DNA of 64,000 nucleotides from Sminthopsis crassicaudata. Lineage: Eukaryota. The DNA lies in the NCBI RefSeq assembly GCF_048593235.1, contig NC_133618.1:254783882-254847881 (forward strand), in the 5' to 3' direction. Positions 1 to 11,600 of the stretch are shown piece by piece. The position numbers and the translations under genes are program-made. Numbering within the stretch: position 1 is the stretch's first letter; each line of letters opens with the position of its first letter. Under the pieces are notes generated by a model, which was not told the origin of the DNA, did not search any database, and saw nothing but the letters and a program-made list of their open reading frames with translations.

Positions 1-192
1 CAGAGAGAATGGCCAGAGCCAGAGAACCGGGCAGCTGTGCAGAAGGAGCTACTGCACAGATTAACTGAACTCAGTGATCCCCAAGGATCTTCATTCTTTG
101 TACTCAGATTGCTACAGGCTCTTCGAAAAGCCAAGTTAACCACCTTGGAAAAGAATCTTCAGAAGCGCTTCTTCCTTGCCCTGAAAGACTAG
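1..192 (+). CDS. TNFRSF6B: TNFRSF6B (decoy receptor 3, DcR3), 3' part of last coding exon; the gene begins upstream of the window
   Basis: Frame 1 from base 1 reads QREWPEPENRAAVQKELLHRLTELSDPQGSSFFVLRLLQALRKAKLTTLEKNLQKRFFLALKD* (TAG 190-192). This matches the recalled human DcR3 C-terminus (RAALQLKLRRRLTELLGAQDGALLVRLLQALRVARMPGLERSVRERFL). Position tail-to-tail with ARFRP1 fits human synteny. Confidence 0.9.
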   Translation, partial: QREWPEPENRAAVQKELLHRLTELSDPQGSSFFVLRLLQALRKAKLTTLEKNLQKRFFLALKD

Positions 193-404
193 AACACATC
201 CAACCTCTAGTCCACCCTCACCCCTTGGTTTGCCCAAGACTCCATTAGACCAGTTCCTCTTCTAGGAGGCTAGGCTCTGGAGCCAAGTATACCAGGACTT
301 AGACTACTGTTGCAATCTTTTCTGGAGAAAGAGCCAATAGGCAATGAGTGCCCTTCCTGGGTTCCCACCAAAAAAATCTTTGGATTTCCTTATTAGAATA
401 TCCC

Positions 405-645
405 AGCCACAGCTAAATGGCACAGTGGATAAAGTGCTAAGGCCTGGACTCCTCTTCCCGAGTCCAAATCCAGCCTCAGACACTAGTTATGTGACCCTGG
501 GCAGGTCACTTAATCCTGCTCACCTCAATTTTCTAATCTGTAAAATGAGCTAGAGAAGAAAATGGTAAACCACTCCAATACCTTTGCAGGAAAATCCCAG
601 ATGGGGTCATGAAGAATCAGACATGACTGAAAATGAGTAAACAGC
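405..645 (+). mobile_element. Mar1/MIR-family CORE-SINE in the TNFRSF6B 3'UTR
   Basis: tRNA-like head, core tgtgaccctgggcaggtcactt...ctgtaaaatg, and Mar1-type tail ggtcatgaagaatcagacatgactgaa. Confidence 0.75.
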
Positions 646-1173
646 TTCCATCTCCACTAGCCTGTTTTCAGAGCTCACAATCCCTCAATCTCACCCAGGT
701 ATACATGGAGCTAACAGGAATTGTATCATGATAGTTTTTTATAAAAGTATTTTGTAAGCCCACTTTTGTGCCCTTTCTGGTGCTTATCACAGTGCCTGAC
801 AAAGTGTTTATTGATGACTATTTCAAATCCTTGTCTTGAGCAGAAGGTAGTGAAGATCCACATCCCAAGTCAAATTTATTTCCTTTTGTAAACTCTACTT
901 GATTAATCCCATCAGGACTCTGACTCTTAGGTTTTTTAAGTACTAGACATACTGTGTGGTGATGTTGTGTATAATTTTCACTTGTTGATGTACTTTTTGG
1001 GGAAGTTGTCTTAAATCTTTGTGAGAAAGATTCAAATTTTCCTTCCTTGAGTTTCTTCAGTCTTAGAATGCAGAAATCTGGTCTTCTACAGAGGGTTCCC
1101 TGAGGACAGGTTGTCTCTCTCTCTCTGATACACACTCTTTTCAGTGCACTGACATCATCCAAGTCCCTGTTCT

Positions 1174-1179
1174 AATAAA
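1174..1179 (+). terminator. Probable TNFRSF6B polyadenylation signal (AATAAA)
   Basis: First canonical AATAAA after the stop at 192; implies a 3'UTR of about 1 kb. Confidence 0.55.
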
Positions 1180-1319
1180 AGACATGACATTTAAATGTAC
1201 TATTGGAAAGGTTAGGTCAAGAAGTGTGTTAGACGGTGAAGTGGCTTAAAGATTTCCTAGAGAGTGAACATTTCTTAGAAGACAGGTGTGGACAGTCCTT
1301 TACAAATGGTAGATACTCA

Positions 1320-1430
1320 ACTACTTGCTAATTAGGGGAGGGGGAAGGAGGGGAAAATTTGGAACAAAAGGTTTTGCAAGGGTCAATGTTGGAAAAAATT
1401 ACCCATGCATATGCTTTGTAAATAAAAAAA
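1320..1430 (+). mobile_element. L1 3' UTR/tail fragment
   Basis: ggggagggggaaggagggggaaaatttggaacaaaaggttttgcaagg...gtaaataaaaaaa; the same tail recurs at about 13600-13700, 56500-56620 and 59950-60070. Confidence 0.7.
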
Positions 1431-1654
1431 CACACTCACAAAACATAGTAGGCATTCAGGAAAATTAGCTGGGATGAAGTGGAAACTCCAACTGTATAGG
1501 GTCTGTCCTCTGCTGTTCTGGGACCATGTTGGGGGTGAGAGAGAAATGTTGAGGGCAACCTTTTTTGGGAGGAAGGAAATACTTCAATCCATATTTACTC
1601 TCCATAGTTTTATCCGGATGTGGATGGCATTTTCCATCACAAGTCTAATGGAAT

Positions 1655-1942
1655 TGCCTTGAATCATTGCATTGTTGAGAAGCACCAGCTGATTATTATA
1701 AATCTTGTTTTCTGTGTACAATGTTCTCTCAATTCTATTCACCTCAGCATCAGTTAATATAAGTCTTTTCTAGGCTTCTCTAAATAATCAGTTTGCTCAT
1801 CATTTCATATAGAACAAAATAACATTACATTCATATGTCATAACTTATTCAGCCATTCCTCAATCAATGGGCATCCACTCAGTTTTCAGTTTCTTGCCAC
1901 TACAAAAAGGGCTGCCACAAACATTTTTGTACATGTGGGAGG
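1655..1942 (-). mobile_element. L1 ORF2 3'-end fragment
   Basis: Reverse complement matches the L1 ORF2 C-terminus ([11 protein letters not shown]...WLNKL) seen in the L1 at 53474-56118. Confidence 0.8.
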
Positions 1943-2098
1943 GAGGACAGCCTCTCTTAAGTCTTCCAGCTGTGTTCCATTTCCCTACAGTTTGCTTCCA
2001 GGGAAGATGAGGAATCTGTGGTCACTTACAGACCTAAGGCTAGCTTCTTCTCTGCTCTGAGGATCTCGGGGCTTTTCTGTGTGGCAACTCTGCTCTGC

Positions 2099-2100
<2 letters not shown>

Positions 2101-2129
<29 letters not shown>

Positions 2130-2264
2130 CTGAGGCAATTGGGGTTAAGTGACTTGCCCAGAGTCACACAGCTAGGAAGTGTTAAGTGTCTGAGACCAGA
2201 TTTGAACTCAGGTCCTCCTGACTTCAGGGCTGGTGCTCTAACCACTGTATCACCTAGCTGTCCC
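2101..2264 (-). mobile_element. WSINE1-type marsupial SINE with polyA tail and about 12-bp TSD
   Basis: T30 tail, SINE body with A/B-box-like motifs, flanked by gctctgcaactt (about 2091-2102) and gctcagcaactt (about 2266-2277). Confidence 0.85.
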
Positions 2265-3539
2265 AGCTCAGCAACTTCTTAAGACCACAGAGGCTCAAGC
2301 CCAGACACCAGAGAGTACTTCGGGGAAGAGACTGATGTACAAAAGGAAGTGGGAGAGTAAAGCAAAAAGGGACCTGGGGAACAACCTGAAGGAACAAAGA
2401 AGGGAGTGTTGTGCTTATGGGCACAGTAAGAGATGAGTTGTGAGGGAACTGAAAGGAATAGGCAGGCAGAGGAGAAAGTAAAAAGAGCTCAGTCCTAGGG
2501 GTTCAAGTGTACAAAGTGTGGGGTTTTATCTCTTGCTGCTCCCTTTCTACCAAATTCCTTTTCCCTCTGGTGATTTCCCTCCTGAGCTATTCCTTGGGGT
2601 TTCAAACTCCTCAATCATCGTCCAGTTTCCAGAAAGGCCACCTTTTCTGAGATCATTCTTTTTGGCTCATAATTCTCCCCTCTTCTTCTTTCCTATCTCA
2701 TCCCATTTCATTTCGGTTCTCATGTACCAGCAGGACAAACATCTCCTGGAGGCAGTGGGTCTAGGCCTGAAGCCAACTACCCAGCACTTTTTAGGGGTGG
2801 GAGGGTAGACAAGGAAGCAGGTTGTGGTCTGAGTGTGTGGTCTGACCTCACCAGTATCATGTTAGATTCCCATCTCAATTCTGTGCCAGTGCCAACTCCT
2901 CCCTCCCCTTGGTGGTGAAATTAGGGAATTTCCTAGCACTGAAGGAAATAGTATCAATTTGCAAGAGCCCTCTGCCCTTTTCAGAAATATCTGCTTCGGG
3001 CAGGTCTTTCACCTCTGACCTCCTCCCAGTGTCCTCATTCTCACATGCTTTCTGGGAATCTAGCTTTTCCTCAGTAGCCTGGGACACAAATATCTGGTTT
3101 GACTGATCTTTTTGTCTCAGACTTGGGGGATGGGGAATCCAAAATGAAGCAAGAGATTTAGCTCTAGACAGAGGAGCAGCTGATTGAGAGCACCGTCCAC
3201 AGGTTTTCTTTCATCTTTTTCCTAGAGCTTCCTCCCCAGACAACCAAAGCTCTTTCTGGAGTTTGACTAAATATTTGAAAGAAGGAAGACATCAGGTTCC
3301 TTTATGCTCTAGAAGATCCGGTGAGAATCGAATGGCTAGCTCAAGAGAAATCCCCATCCTGATGCCTGCCAGAAAGGTAGTTGCTTTCTTTCTGCAATTT
3401 TCTTTCCCAGTGACTTACTATATGTGACAAACGACTCTCCTGCAGTGAATTATTTTCTTGCTGAAAAATGTTCCCCAGACCCTGATGGCCTATTTCTGTA
3501 GTGGTCTGAGGCAGGTGGGTAGGAAAGCGGCTCCTATAC

Positions 3540-3675
3540 GGAACCTGTTTGCCTCAGTTTCCTCATCTGTAAAATGTAAAACCACCTTCTTCTCAAGGTG
3601 GTTGTGAGGATCAAATGAGACAAATGATTGTATAGCACTAGCACAGTACTGGTACACATTGAGCACTATTTAAAT
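3540..3675 (+). mobile_element. MIR fragment
   Basis: gcctcagtttcctcatctgtaaaatg...gttgtgaggatcaaatgag is the MIR core. Confidence 0.75.
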
Positions 3676-6600
3676 TTTAGTTAAATTTAGTTAAATTTTA
3701 GTTTAAATTCATTATTGGTCAATACTACAATTCCTGGAAGGTTCAATTGCCCTGTGGTTCCAATTAATATTACTGTAAATTTTCAAACCAAAACACCTCT
3801 TCTCGGTCACTCCACTCCAATGTTCTGCCCACAATATAACCACAAGCTTCTTAATGTCTAGGACCATCTTGCTCTATGTATTTAAATTCCCAGCTTTTAG
3901 ACCAATATGTATTATAAAACAAGCACTTAATATGTGCTTTGTCATTCAATCACTCATTCCCACAGATATGGTTCTTATGGCAAGGATCTGATTAGAGATG
4001 GACATATTTCTGGACTGGTTTAGGACTATTCTTTATTCCCAATTCCAGCTAAAGGAGCTAGCTGCAATTGAGTGTGTCAGCAGCAGCTTGAAGCCTACTC
4101 CCCACTTAGTGTGGCCCCATGGGGGAGGGAGAAGGAGGGAGAAGAGAAGACAGGGATTTAAAGTGAAAATACATTATAACCAAAGCTGTCCTTTCTTTTT
4201 CCTGTGGTCTGAATAAAGATGATAAAGACAAAATGGACAGCACAAGTTGACATATGGTCAACTTTTCTGTATGGTTAATACGTCACTCTTATTCAGTCAA
4301 TTCCAGTATCTCCTTATTGACTCCAGGAGCAAATATATAAAATCTTCCATAGGATTTTATGGCCCTTCATAGCCAGACCCTTTTCTGCCTTTTCTGTCTT
4401 CTTACACCTTCAAATCCTATACAAACTCTGCTACCAGAGACTGACTTCCTTGTTCTTTACACTTCCCTGTTCAGTACATTTTCACTAGCTCTCGTACCTG
4501 GAATTCTATTTCTCTGCTTCCTTGGCTTCCTTTAAATCTCAGCTAAAATCCTACCTTTAAAAAAAAAAATTCTTGCTATTTCTTGCTAATATCTCTTCCT
4601 CTGAGATTATATCCCATTTTATTTTATAGTTTGAATATATAATTGTTTCTATGTTGTTTTCCTCCCAATTAGATTTCAAACTTCATAGCTTCGGAGACTG
4701 TTTTTAATCTTTTTTTAAAAATATCTTCAGTGCATAGCATAATGTCTTCACACAGTAGACAACTGAGGTAGGGAAAGAATTCCAGGGACGACTCCTCACT
4801 CTCTACACCTCTTTGGTTGGGAACCAAAGGCACATAAATGAGACTAGCCCGTAGGAGAAAAATCATTTGCAAAAAACCCAAATAGCAATTGTATATAATG
4901 TAGTCTGGCACAACCCCCTAACCAGGAAGGACCAGAATAGTTCAGATTCCTGATCAGATTTTTATTTTTCCAAACACAGAGAATCACTGGGAATTAAAGA
5001 CAATTAGTTTACAACTTTAGAGTGATGGCCTCAAGCCCCTATAATCAGTGATCAGACCCCTGCCTGTTTAGTGGTCAAGATGAAGGTGTCAATGGGCAGG
5101 GAGAATATGGTTCTTTGACCACAAATATTTAAGCATAAAGCCAGAAAAATAAGCATCTGGTCCAACTTCTGCTGAATACTACTGGGGAATAGATATCGGC
5201 AAATTGGGAACCTGCACTAATCCCTTAATTCCTAAACCAGTAGAATTACTAGGGTCATATACTTTTTCAATTTTTCCCAAAGCCAGTTATAGTTGTCTGG
5301 GTGACTATGACGAAGCCATGGCTATGAGAGCCTTAGGCCAAAGAGGCCTCAAGTACTCTAAAAGGGCCCAAGCTTTCATAAATTAGAACAAGACCAACAT
5401 AGGGGAGAGTTCCAACCCAGCAGCTGCAAAAATTAGACTAGAAATTTCCAAAGGAAGAAAATGTTTATGCCATGGAGTTGTTACTTGGTTTAGATCAGAC
5501 CAATAATAAAGGAGTGAGATGGAATAACTATCAAGAATGAGAATCCTAAGATGTTTTGAGGGAAAAGTAGAAATTGAATTCAATAAGAGATAAGACATGG
5601 GGAAACCTAAGTTCTTATTAGTAATGGCCAAATTAGAGGTTTCTCTACTGAATCACAAATCTATTTCACCAAAGCAAGGAGGTATTCAATGGGAAACTTG
5701 AATATTTAAACTTTGAGAGAAGGAAGATTTAAAGCTTTTACCTAGCAGGGCTCCAGGACAAGCCTCAAACTATAATCTTTTTGGTCAACACAAAACAAGT
5801 GAGAAGCACTTTCCTCTAACCTTGACAGATCCTGATTCTGAAGCCTGATGCTAGGCCTAATTCTAATGCTGACTCTTTTAATGCATATTTAGCTGGAACT
5901 GCTGGATCACACCACTATCCAACTGGTTATAGAACCAAATGTATAGCAATCCTCTGGATCTTCTCTACTCCAGAGGAATTTAGAGTTTGGAAGAAAGAGC
6001 AAATAAGAGTGCTTCACAAATTTCCCTAACCTCAACTTAACCACTGGCCTTGCATCTCACTGATGGAACAGAGCCCCACAGAACATTTTCTATCTCAATT
6101 CACCCAGGACTCAGTCCAAAAAAGAAAGGTAGCAGATTTAACAATGCCAGATCTATTTACAAAGGGGATTTCTGCACAAACATATTTTCTTGTTACCATG
6201 TAACATGAAGAACATGATGTTCCTGCAGGGGCAAACATGACCTAATGACAAACATGAAGTATGCTGAACTCCTCCCTCAAAGGAAAGATAAAAGAACAAA
6301 TCCTACTTTGGTTTCTGAAGTATACTTACTTTCAATGTGAGCAGTTTACTCCCCCTTCAGGTTCTGAAAGCGCTCAGTAAACATTAACTCTCTCACCACC
6401 AAACTGCAAAGAAGTTAACAGCTAATTGACCCTTGCTGGGCCAGACTGTAAAACCCTCTATGACTGATACAAGGACGTTAGGTCTCAGATCTACATTTCT
6501 TTACTCTGACTCAGTTCAAGTAGCAGCTACATTGATCAATCAACTAGGATCAGGATTGGAGGGAAATATTCAGTTCAAAATCCTCAAAATGAAAGGATAG

Positions 6601-8676
6601 GAAGGAAGCATGTGATGTTTTGCTTCTTCCTGGCTCTATAAGCTAACTTTTCTAAATTAAAGTCAAAGGAGAATACAAAATGAAGTTTAGATATTTGCTT
6701 ATCTTGCAATAGATTCCAAAGGAAATAAGCCATGAGAGAAACAGACCATGGTAGTTAATGGATAGTAGGTTGGGATTTGTAAGGGCCTATATTCAGACAT
6801 ACTTTCTATAGTTTGTAGACTGTTCAACAGGACTGCTGTGGCCAAGGCTATGTCCTGAAAGGACTGACTCTAGGTCAGTGCCCACCTCTTTACACTGTAA
6901 TTGGTCTCTATGTAGCATAATTATGGGAGTGTGTTGCTGAAATCTACTCAGGGCGTAATACTGATCCAGCCTAAGGCACAACTTAGCATGCAGGTTACAG
7001 AGGCAGAGAACCCACAGCATTGGAGGGAAAAGTCTTAAATCCTTGGCTTTCTTATATTAGCCTTCTTTTTGCCCTTTTTGGGAGAATAAAATCAATTAAC
7101 AAAATGACTAATAGCATTATGCTACTTACTTATCTTCTCTACTCAAGGTGCCAAATCTAGCTTGAGAAGGAAGAAAAATTTCCCCCTAACAACTTGCCTT
7201 CCTTCCACTTCCCTGCAGGCACAAGTATTTGGCTTCTCAGTTGGACCTGAAAGTCTGAAAGAGCAGCTGTGTGATTCTGTCACCATTAAATCACAAGTTC
7301 TAGACAAATGGATCAGCTCTGATACCACTAGCTAGCTGCCCAAGCCCTCTTTTAAGAAGTTCTAAGGGATTACACTCTTCCCCAGAGTAAAGTCAAAACC
7401 CTCAGAATGAGAAAAGCTTTAACAATAGGAAGACAGAGAGAGCTGGCCAAATCGGGCTGATCTATTTGGCCCCACTAATGCTCAGTTGCTTCAGGACTTA
7501 AAAAGATAAACTATCACAGATTCAAGGTCAGTCAATTGGTTAGGATAGAAAGCTAAGGTTTCTATGAAATTGTAAGAAGAATTTCCTCTCCCTCTTTGCT
7601 TCTGCTGTAGACAATTGGCCAATGACTTGTATTATTTGGAGCTGATTTCTATGTGGAAACAGGCAAGGTTGCTTTTTTAATAATATCCACAATTCCTGAA
7701 AAACCTACAGCTATATGGTTTATGAGCCTGGACCTGGGCCTGGGCCAGGTTTGAACAAGTTATTTCAACTACCAATCTCAAGTCAAATACTGTCAAAGAT
7801 GAAGGTGATGTCTACAGGAAAAGTAGCTACAACGAAGTGTCAATTAAACTATTTTGGCTCAAAGTATCAACCTTTTCCTTGGAGCTCATTTTTTTACATA
7901 CTTCCTAGTATAGCTGGGTAACAAAAATGTGTCAGCTCAAGCAGATGGGGTCTTGCAGCTACAGTTACCTCTGCCTATTCTTGATGACAATGTTAGCTGC
8001 TGTCATCCTGTGAGAGGCTGGGGAACCAAGCACAGGCCAATACCCCCAGGAAAGAGGCAATGGAGAAAGTATTAAAATATAAGGATTTAGAGCCAAAAGG
8101 TCATAGCTAGCCAGAACTCAGCCAAATAAACCCAAGAAAACTACAGCTTCAGGGCAGATAGGAACCACTGCCTTACATGCCTGTCACAACACCTTGTCAA
8201 TATACCAGGGACTAGCCTGAGCCAGTTTTCCATGTTTGGTCTTAAGAAATGAAAGACTAAATTTAGGTCATTAACCAAAAAATACTCCACCAGCTCTCCT
8301 GAGCAACTGAGGAAGAATAAAGCCACACCTCATGTGGCTTGGATGAAATCATTCATGATACCTGACAGTTCCTGTGCTCCAGGTGAGGTCCTATCATTCC
8401 TCATTCAGGAGGGTCTTGTGTTTGGTCACAGAGAAACTCTTTCCCCAACACCTCCCCTTTCCCCCTCTTCAACCCTGAGGTAGAATCCTCAAGATGACTT
8501 TTTTTCTGGATGGAGATAAAAGTTTGTCTTAGGAAAAACAAAAACAAAATCAAAAATCCAAATGAAAAGAATCCAATCGATGACAAAGTCCTGGGCCCTG
8601 TTCCCTGGACAAGGAGGGTAGGTGGAATCTGCGCTGGGGGCAGCTGTCCGAGCACAGCAGCGGTGATACTCCAGTC

Positions 8677-11600
8677 TTACGTGATGTCCTTCTGCCGTGG
8701 GGGGCGGTGGATATTCCTTATGACACACTTCACCATCCACTCGATGCCCTCATTCACCCCTTTGCTGAGAAAACATCAGATATGAGGCAGTGGGTCCCCA
8801 TGATTACTCAAAGAGAGGGGGGGGGGGGAGAGTGTGTGTGTGTGTGTATGATTCCATGGTCTTTGAAGACATCCCTGACATAGTTCAGAGTCAAGGAAGG
8901 ATAGTGATCACAGCTACAAGCTCCCTTTTCAGACCTCATACTATTTATATTTAACCACACTGGAAAGGACCGGACCCTACTTCCCTTCTGCCAGAGTTAT
9001 AAACACATTTTGGTTGACTCCATCCAGTAAGGGCTGGCAGCAGTTGGCTCCTGACTCTGAGCCAGCTTTGTCCCCTAAGTCTCTGGTCCTTCTCCTCATA
9101 AAGCCATTTATATGTGATGGCACAGTTGTAGGCATGCAGAAATACCCTGGGGTTCTAGGATGCTAAAAATACAAATTCTTCTCTGGTCAGTAATGGTTCC
9201 CAGGTCTAGGTCATAAAAAAATCTGGTATCTTAGGATCCTGTAATCCTGGTGAAAACAGTCTACTGGGTACATGATTAGAAAAGACCCACGGGTAAGGCT
9301 GCTATGTGTTCTCACACTTACCCTGTTAAAGCGGAGCAAGCCTGTGTCAGGCAGTCTCTCTTTCCAATTTTATTAATGCAGTCACTGAATGCAGTCTTGA
9401 TGTCAGGAATGGATAAGCAAGTCTGATGAGAAAGGAAAGGGACAGAAACATTAAGAAGCTGGTCTTCTGATCACAGAAACCCCAGGAATACCAAGCGATT
9501 TGTCCGCAAACACTTGGTGACAGTTAGGGATGATAGGACCATCTTTTGGAAGGTGTCTAAAAGGAAAGGAAAGTGACAAGGTCAACCACGTGCTTACTTA
9601 ATCTTAAGTAATTATCCATGCATCAGGGCATATCAATCATTGATCTTTAAAATGGAATCATTTAACTTCTCTGCCTGTGGCCTGCCACACAAATGGTAGA
9701 TAGTCAAAGCAGGATCCAAATACACTATAAGAACAGCTTCTCTCACTTCAATCATCAATCAGAATGCCACCCATTTTCCAGCTGAGCATCCCTTCACTTA
9801 GGGTGTTGGATGTCCTTCTTCATTCATAAGGTCCTGGTCCAAGGACCCTTTTTGTGCTTCAATAGGCAAAGGAAGAATTCTGGACTGCAATCTGGGTTTG
9901 TGTACTATTTTGTAAACATCCCACTGTCCCCATGATACTCTGGAATAGGTTTAAAGAAAGGAAAAGTCCAGTAAATATAGAAAGTAATTCATAAAGAGAT
10001 GTGACCAGTACAGTTGCTAGACTAGAGCTCTCCAGCTGTCAATAACAACTCAATCTCACTCCCAGGGAATTTTATGAGATCTGATGTTGGCAGGTGTGAG
10101 GGAGCCAAAGTGAATAAACGAAGTCAGGCCAGCTTCTGAAGGAAATAAAAAAGTGGTAGAAGGGAGAAAGAGAGAAAAGGCATCAACTGTGGAAGAAGGG
10201 AAAAAAAATATAAATCAAACCCCTCTATAAACATTTGCTCAGATAGATTGATCAACACTCTCTTAAAGTTTATTTGAGACCTCATGAATAAAAGGGGACA
10301 TTTAAAATCTATTTCTAGAACAACCTTCTTCCAAGAAAATTCACTGCTCTACAGACTAGAGCTGTCTTATGCTGTCTTATGTCTCATTCTTATGCTGTCT
10401 CCAGGAGATAAGCCAGAGATAAATACTTTCTTTCAAAAATGAAGAAACCGAGGGAAAAATATTAAGGGAGTTGTGCAACAAGGTCACAATACAAGCTGAG
10501 CTACATGTAGAATCCAGGACCCAACCATTTTACAACCCCCTTTCAGTCTCTGATGTTTTTCCAAGCTTGACAGAATCCAGCTCAGTCCTGCTGCCATTAC
10601 TTCTTCCATCCCACCATTCCCCACTCACTACCTATTTACAAGAAGCTATATTGAGAACTTATATAAAAAAGTAAGCAACAGAAGCTCAGACAGGAAGAAA
10701 GATAGGCAATAAGTATCTAACTATCCCCATGTGAAGTTCATGGGACCCTCCAACATTAGTTTACTACCTCAAAAAACTTATGGGATTCTTCAAAGTTTCC
10801 CATCCTCCCTCCTCCAAAAGTGGTAAAATAAAGATGAAATAAGAAAACTCAGAACTATGTTTAAAATTTACTCTATGTAGTCGGGGCAAATAATAAAACA
10901 TTTAGTCATAAGAAATGATGTGACTGACAGGTACATATAATATGACAATATCTCAAATACCCAACAAATGAGTTCCTAGTCATTATCTCTTTCCCACCTT
11001 ACAGGAAGAGCAGACGGCCTAAGGCTAATCTCCTGTATTTAGGAAGGGACAAGGCAGAAAATTCTGGGAGGATCATCTCTGGAAGGGTTTTCCTCTCATT
11101 TTCATGTGATCATATACTTAACCACTTGATTTTTCTCTTCCTTTTTAAATATGTCATTCCTTCTTCTGGAAACACCTCTTCTTTATCATGATGAATTTAA
11201 GACACAGGGATAAAAAGGAACAAAACTGAAGGTCACTGTGGAGGCAGAAAGAGCGACTGAGAAAAAGTTACCACTTAATATAACAAAGATGTTTGGAAAG
11301 CAGGTGACTGAAACACAGCCCTGATTCCAGGAGACACCCTTGCTACCTTAGCCTGTTTCAAGGCTCACAAACATAGGCCTTTGGAAATTACACAGTACAG
11401 AGAAAAGCAGGCCTGCTTCAGTTGGTGCTTACAGAGAAATGGAATTCCAGAAAGAAGTGAAGAAATAAAGATTGACCCTTAACAGAGATGACTAATCTTC
11501 TAGCCATCTCTCAGGAGATATGTAAAATATACAGGCTAAGGGAAAAAAAAAATTCTTCTGATATTCTGTAATGCTATGGAATGTAGTATCTTCAGCATGG

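Noticed and set aside
818-1162. 114-aa minus-strand ORF
   Set aside because: Antisense to the TNFRSF6B 3'UTR, no recognisable homology or splice support.
2875-3087. 70-aa charged minus-strand ORF (MSQATEEKLDSQK..)
   Set aside because: No recognisable family and no flanking exon or promoter support; length within chance expectation.
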